From positions 537 through 64,536 of the forward strand of contig JAQUOD010000004.1 of NCBI GenBank assembly GCA_028717245.1: 64,000 bases of DNA, given 5' to 3'. The notes below the pieces were generated by a model. That model had not been told where the DNA came from, searched no databases, and saw nothing but the letters and a program-made list of their open reading frames with translations. The translations under genes were made by a program, and so were the position numbers. Positions 60,169 through 64,000 of the stretch are shown one piece after another. Every line of letters starts with the position of its first letter. Positions within the stretch are counted from its first letter, which is position 1. Origin of the DNA: Candidatus Omnitrophota bacterium. GTDB taxonomy: Bacteria > Omnitrophota > Gorgyraeia > Gygaellales > Profunditerraquicolaceae.

Positions 60169-61425
60169 TTATTGGTTCATACTATTTAAGAACTCCTCAT
60201 TATCCTTGGTCTTAGCTAACTTTTCAATCAAAAGTTCCATTGCCTCCACATTATTTAATTCGTTCAAGACTTTTCGTAATATCCAGACCTTCTGCAGCTT
60301 CTCCTGCTTAAGGAGTAATTCTTCGTGCCTGGTGTTTGAACGTTTTATATCAATGGCCGGGTAGATCCTGCGCTGGAAGAGGTTCCTGTCCAGTTGTAAT
60401 TCCATATTTCCGGTGCCTTTGAATTCTTCAAAGATGACCTCATCCATGCGGCTGCCCGTATCCACTAAGGCCGTTGCGATGATGGTTAAGCTGCCGCCCT
60501 CTTCTATAGCGCGGGCAGCGCCAAAAAATCTCTTAGGCTTTTGTAAGGCATTGGAGTCTATGCCCCCTGATAATACCTTGCCGCTATGCGGTATCACAGA
60601 GTTATAGGCCCTGGCCAGGCGCGTGATGCTATCCAAAAGGACGACCACGTCTTTTTTATGCTCTACCAGCCTCTTTGCCTTTTCTAAGACAATCTCAGCG
60701 ACCTGCACGTGCCTCTCCGGAGGCTCATCAAAAGTAGAGGATATTACCTCGCCCTTCACGTGCCGCTGCATATCGGTGACTTCTTCCGGCCGCTCGTCTA
60801 TCAGCAGTACGATTAGTATTGTATCGGGGTGGTTAGTTGTTATGGAATTAGCGATCTTCTGCAATAACACGGTCTTGCCGCTGTAAGGCTGGGCGACAAT
60901 CAGCCCGCGCTGGCCCTTGCCTATGGGCGCCAATAAATCAATAACGCGCATGGATATCTCGTCGGGTTTTGTCTCCAGGTTAAATTCATCATGCGGATAT
61001 ATGGGGGTTAGGTTATCAAAGAGGATCTTGTCTTTGGCATCCTCGGGGTTCTCAAAGTTCACTGCCTGGACCTTTAAAAGGGCGAAATATTTTTCCCCTT
61101 CCTTAGGCGGACGGATTTCTCCGCTTACCGTATCCCCTGTCCTTAAATCAAACTTCCGTATCTGGGAAGGAGACACATAAATATCGTCGGGGCAGGGTAA
61201 ATAATTATAGTTGGGCGAGCGTAAAAATCCGAATCCCTCTGCCAGTATCTCCAGGACACCTTCGCCGAACATCAGCCCTTCTTTTTCCGCCTGGGCCTGC
61301 AGTATTTTAAAAATCAGCTCCTGTTTTTTCAGGCCGCTTATGCCGTTGATATTCAATTCCTTAGCCAATTTATTCAGTTCGGAAATTTTTATTTCTTTCA
61401 GATTTACTATATCTAACTTCTCCAC
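60169..61425 (-). CDS. rho: Transcription termination factor Rho
   Basis: N-terminal RNA-binding domain, Walker A ([10 protein letters not shown]) and RecA-like core, 418 aa. Confidence 0.93.
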   Translation of the reverse strand: MEKLDIVNLKEIKISELNKLAKELNINGISGLKKQELIFKILQAQAEKEGLMFGEGVLEILAEGFGFLRSPNYNYLPCPDDIYVSPSQIRKFDLRTGDTVSGEIRPPKEGEKYFALLKVQAVNFENPEDAKDKILFDNLTPIYPHDEFNLETKPDEISMRVIDLLAPIGKGQRGLIVAQPYSGKTVLLQKIANSITTNHPDTILIVLLIDERPEEVTDMQRHVKGEVISSTFDEPPERHVQVAEIVLEKAKRLVEHKKDVVVLLDSITRLARAYNSVIPHSGKVLSGGIDSNALQKPKRFFGAARAIEEGGSLTIIATALVDTGSRMDEVIFEEFKGTGNMELQLDRNLFQRRIYPAIDIKRSNTRHEELLLKQEKLQKVWILRKVLNELNNVEAMELLIEKLAKTKDNEEFLNSMNQ

Positions 61426-62024
61426 AACAACCTCCTTATTTTCTGTACTTGCTTCCTTGTCTCTTCCTTACTGCCGCTATTATCTATTACAAAATCCGCC
61501 AAGCGGACCTTATTGCGCAAGGGTATCTGCGCTTTAATCCTTTTTAAGATATCCTCTTTATTTGCTCCGGTTTTCTGGGCAACCCTCTCTATTTGTTTTT
61601 TAGCCGTTATATTTACCACGATCAATTTATCCGCTATTTTTTCCAATCCTTTCTCAATAAGCAGCGGCGCGTCTAAAACAATAACGCCTCCCGGTATCGA
61701 GCTTATCTTTTTTTTGATAATCCTGATAATTTCAGGGTGCATAATCTTATTTAACCTGCCGAGGGAACCCGGGTCATCGAATACTATTGCGGCTAATTTC
61801 TTACGGTTGACGGACTTACCCCCTTTAAGAATATTCCGCCCAAAGGCGCTGACTATCGCCTGATAAACCCCCGTGCCCGGTTTAATGACGCTGTGGGCAA
61901 TCCTGTCCGCATCAATAACCTTAGCGCCGTAAGACCTAAAGATTCCGGCTACCGTAGTCTTGCCGCTGCCAAAACTTCCGGTCAGGCCCAGGGTTATTTT
62001 TTTATCGCGACTTTGCCTTTTCAT
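61413..62024 (-). CDS. coaE: Dephospho-CoA kinase
   Basis: [18 protein letters not shown]-loop, 203 aa. Confidence 0.88.
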   Translation of the reverse strand: MKRQSRDKKITLGLTGSFGSGKTTVAGIFRSYGAKVIDADRIAHSVIKPGTGVYQAIVSAFGRNILKGGKSVNRKKLAAIVFDDPGSLGRLNKIMHPEIIRIIKKKISSIPGGVIVLDAPLLIEKGLEKIADKLIVVNITAKKQIERVAQKTGANKEDILKRIKAQIPLRNKVRLADFVIDNSGSKEETRKQVQKIRRLLWRS

Positions 62025-63390
62025 ACAACGTAAGGTATTTTTTGGCGGATTCCTTCCAGGAGAAATTACATTGCATGGCCCGGCGTATAAGCGCGGGCCA
62101 TTTTTTCTTGTCGCCGAATGCCTTAACTGCCTTCTTTATTGTCTTAACCAAATCTTCTTTTGTATATTTATCAAACACAAAACCGTTATCCGCATTTACG
62201 GTATCAGCCAGGCCCCCGGTCTTAAATACTAACGGTATCGTGCCGTAGCTTAAGCTGATCATTTGGCCTAGGCCGCAGGGTTCGTATTTTGAAGGCATCA
62301 GGAATACATCAGAACCGGCGTATATCTTATGCGCCAGGGTGTCATCAAATTTTAAATGCAGGGAAACGACCTCAGGGTAGCTCTTGGCAATATTATCCAG
62401 GATAACATGGTATTTTAAATCGCCTGTGCCCAGGATAACCAATTGCAGCTTCATCTTGCAGATTTCTTCTATGGCATCGGTTAAGATATCAAAACCCTTC
62501 TGCTCGGCTAACCTGGAGACGATACCAAAAACAGGCACGCCCGGCTTGAGGGGAAGTTTACAGATTCTCTGTAGCTCTTCTTTATTTTTGCCCTTATCCG
62601 TTATACTTTCCAGGGAATAATTCTTCACGATGAATTTATCGTCCCGCGGGTTCCAGATGGAATAATCCAGGCCGTTTATTATCCCGAATACGCACTCGCG
62701 GCGCTTATTTAAAATTCCTTCCAGGCCGAAGCCAAACTCTTTAGTCTGTATCTCTTTGCTATAAGCCTCGCTTACGGTATTAATCAAATCAGAGAATTCC
62801 ATGCCGCCTTTTAAGATGTTTATTTTATCGTAGAATTCCAGGCCCTCAATGTTAAAAATACTCCAGTCCAGGCCTAACTTGGGAAATTCCTCTTTGGGAA
62901 AGAGGCCCTGATAGCCGATATTGTGTATGGTTAATATTGATTTCGTATTCTTATAAAAAGGGTCGCCTTTGTATAATGTTTTCAGGTAGACCGGGATAAG
63001 GGCGCTCTGCCAATCGTGGCAATGCACTATATCCGCCTTGAAATTTATTTCTTTTAAAAGTTCCAGGGACCTCCTGGAATAATAGGAGAACCTGTCGAGA
63101 TTATCCGGATAATCCCCGTTCTTATCTCCATAGAGCCCGTCACGGTTAAAATATGCATCTTTTTCTATGAAATATACTTTCAGGTTTTTCCCGATAACCG
63201 AAAAAGAGACATCCGGTTTTAATCTCTGGATCTTGAATTTAGGGTCTTGTATGGCTTTATAGCGGGGCATGATGACTATCGTTTCTTGGCCTAATGACTC
63301 TAACTCCAGGGGTAATGCCCCGGCTACATCCGCTAAACCGCCTGTCTTGGCAAAAGGCACAACTTCCGAAGCGCAAATAGCTATCCGCAT
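62002..63390 (-). CDS. glgA: Glycogen/starch synthase (ADP-glucose type, GT5)
   Basis: MRIAICASEVVPFAKTGGLADVAGALP..., a KTGGL motif N-terminus, 462 aa. Confidence 0.9.
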   Translation of the reverse strand: MRIAICASEVVPFAKTGGLADVAGALPLELESLGQETIVIMPRYKAIQDPKFKIQRLKPDVSFSVIGKNLKVYFIEKDAYFNRDGLYGDKNGDYPDNLDRFSYYSRRSLELLKEINFKADIVHCHDWQSALIPVYLKTLYKGDPFYKNTKSILTIHNIGYQGLFPKEEFPKLGLDWSIFNIEGLEFYDKINILKGGMEFSDLINTVSEAYSKEIQTKEFGFGLEGILNKRRECVFGIINGLDYSIWNPRDDKFIVKNYSLESITDKGKNKEELQRICKLPLKPGVPVFGIVSRLAEQKGFDILTDAIEEICKMKLQLVILGTGDLKYHVILDNIAKSYPEVVSLHLKFDDTLAHKIYAGSDVFLMPSKYEPCGLGQMISLSYGTIPLVFKTGGLADTVNADNGFVFDKYTKEDLVKTIKKAVKAFGDKKKWPALIRRAMQCNFSWKESAKKYLTLYEKAKSR

Positions 63391-64000
63391 TTAATTGCCT
63401 CCATTTCTAACCAATTCCTGCCCTTTTTAATATCTACCCTTATGGGCACGTCAAGTTTTAAGACATTCTCCATCCTGTCCTTTACGATATCTACAAGTTC
63501 ATCCCATTCTCCTTCGGGGACATCAAATAATAATTCGTCGTGGATCTGCAGGATCATCCTTGCTTTATGGTTGTCTTTCTTTATCCGGCCGTGGATCTGT
63601 ATCATCGCCAATTTTATCAGGTCGCTGGCTGAACCCTGGATAGGGGTATTTATTGCCTGCCTCTCGGCTACCTGGCGGATACCCTGATTTTTGTTATTGA
63701 TTTCGGGGATATACCTGCGCCTGCCTAAAATGGTTGTAACGAAACCGTCTTTTTTGGCCCTATCAATCTGTTGCTCTACATAATCTTTTACTTTAGGATA
63801 CCGGGAAAAATAGGCATCAATAAAATTTTGGGCCTCATCAACGGATATGCCCAAATCCCGCGAAAGCCCGAAAGAGGTCAAGCCGTAAACAATCCCGAAA
63901 TTTACCCTCTTTGCGGTTTCGCGCATAGAATCGGTAACATCCTTTTCTTCTGTGCCATAGATCAAAGAAGCAGTGGCCTTATGTATATCTTTATCATTCT
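63381..64000 (-). CDS. polA: DNA polymerase I (partial: C-terminal polymerase domain only; the gene continues past the window end)
   Basis: Motif B (RETAKRVNFGIVYG) and motif C (LQIHDELLFDVP) of family A polymerases. The reading frame stays open to position 64000. Confidence 0.85.
   Translation of the reverse strand, partial: NDKDIHKATASLIYGTEEKDVTDSMRETAKRVNFGIVYGLTSFGLSRDLGISVDEAQNFIDAYFSRYPKVKDYVEQQIDRAKKDGFVTTILGRRRYIPEINNKNQGIRQVAERQAINTPIQGSASDLIKLAMIQIHGRIKKDNHKARMILQIHDELLFDVPEGEWDELVDIVKDRMENVLKLDVPIRVDIKKGRNWLEMEAIKCG

Overview
This 64 kb window is a bacterial chromosomal segment of about 40-45% GC (eyeball estimate), with nearly all genes on the minus strand and strong AAGGAGG-type ribosome-binding sites. 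It contains four housekeeping blocks. (1) A complete dcw cell-wall/division cluster, mraZ-rsmH-ftsL?-ftsI-murE-murF-mraY-murD-ftsW-murG-murC-murB-ddl-ftsQ-ftsA, with a sigma70-like promoter and 3x AAAGTGG MraZ-box direct repeats. (2) An FMN-riboswitch-controlled riboflavin operon, ribBA-ribH-nusB-PHP phosphoesterase-ribD-ribE, with ribF elsewhere and a tRNA-Pro(CGG) nearby. (3) A block with rimO, rodZ-like, ftsK, pnp, rpsO, a stand-alone UvrD-helicase/Cas4-like nuclease fusion, rpmB, recJ and argS. (4) An rpmE-prfA-prmC-murA-trpGDCFBA operon with no trpE, followed by rho, coaE, glgA and a polA fragment. The unusual part is a dense set of uncharacterised repeats. Family A is a two-hairpin element present in 3 copies, two of which abut the ATG of ribE and ribBA. 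Family B is a nested, MITE-like family with terminal and subterminal inverted repeats, present in at least 7 copies; copies bracket the helicase-nuclease gene and an AT-rich hypothetical gene. Family C is a paired GGGACAGTCCCC palindrome element at two gene 3' ends. There are also in-frame heptanucleotide tandem repeats inside murB, murE, murF, prmC (two tracts) and a lipoprotein signal peptide, and 8-nt periodic GUGUCA/UGAUAC repeat leaders upstream of rpsO and rpmE. No CRISPR array, rRNA or obvious prophage is visible.
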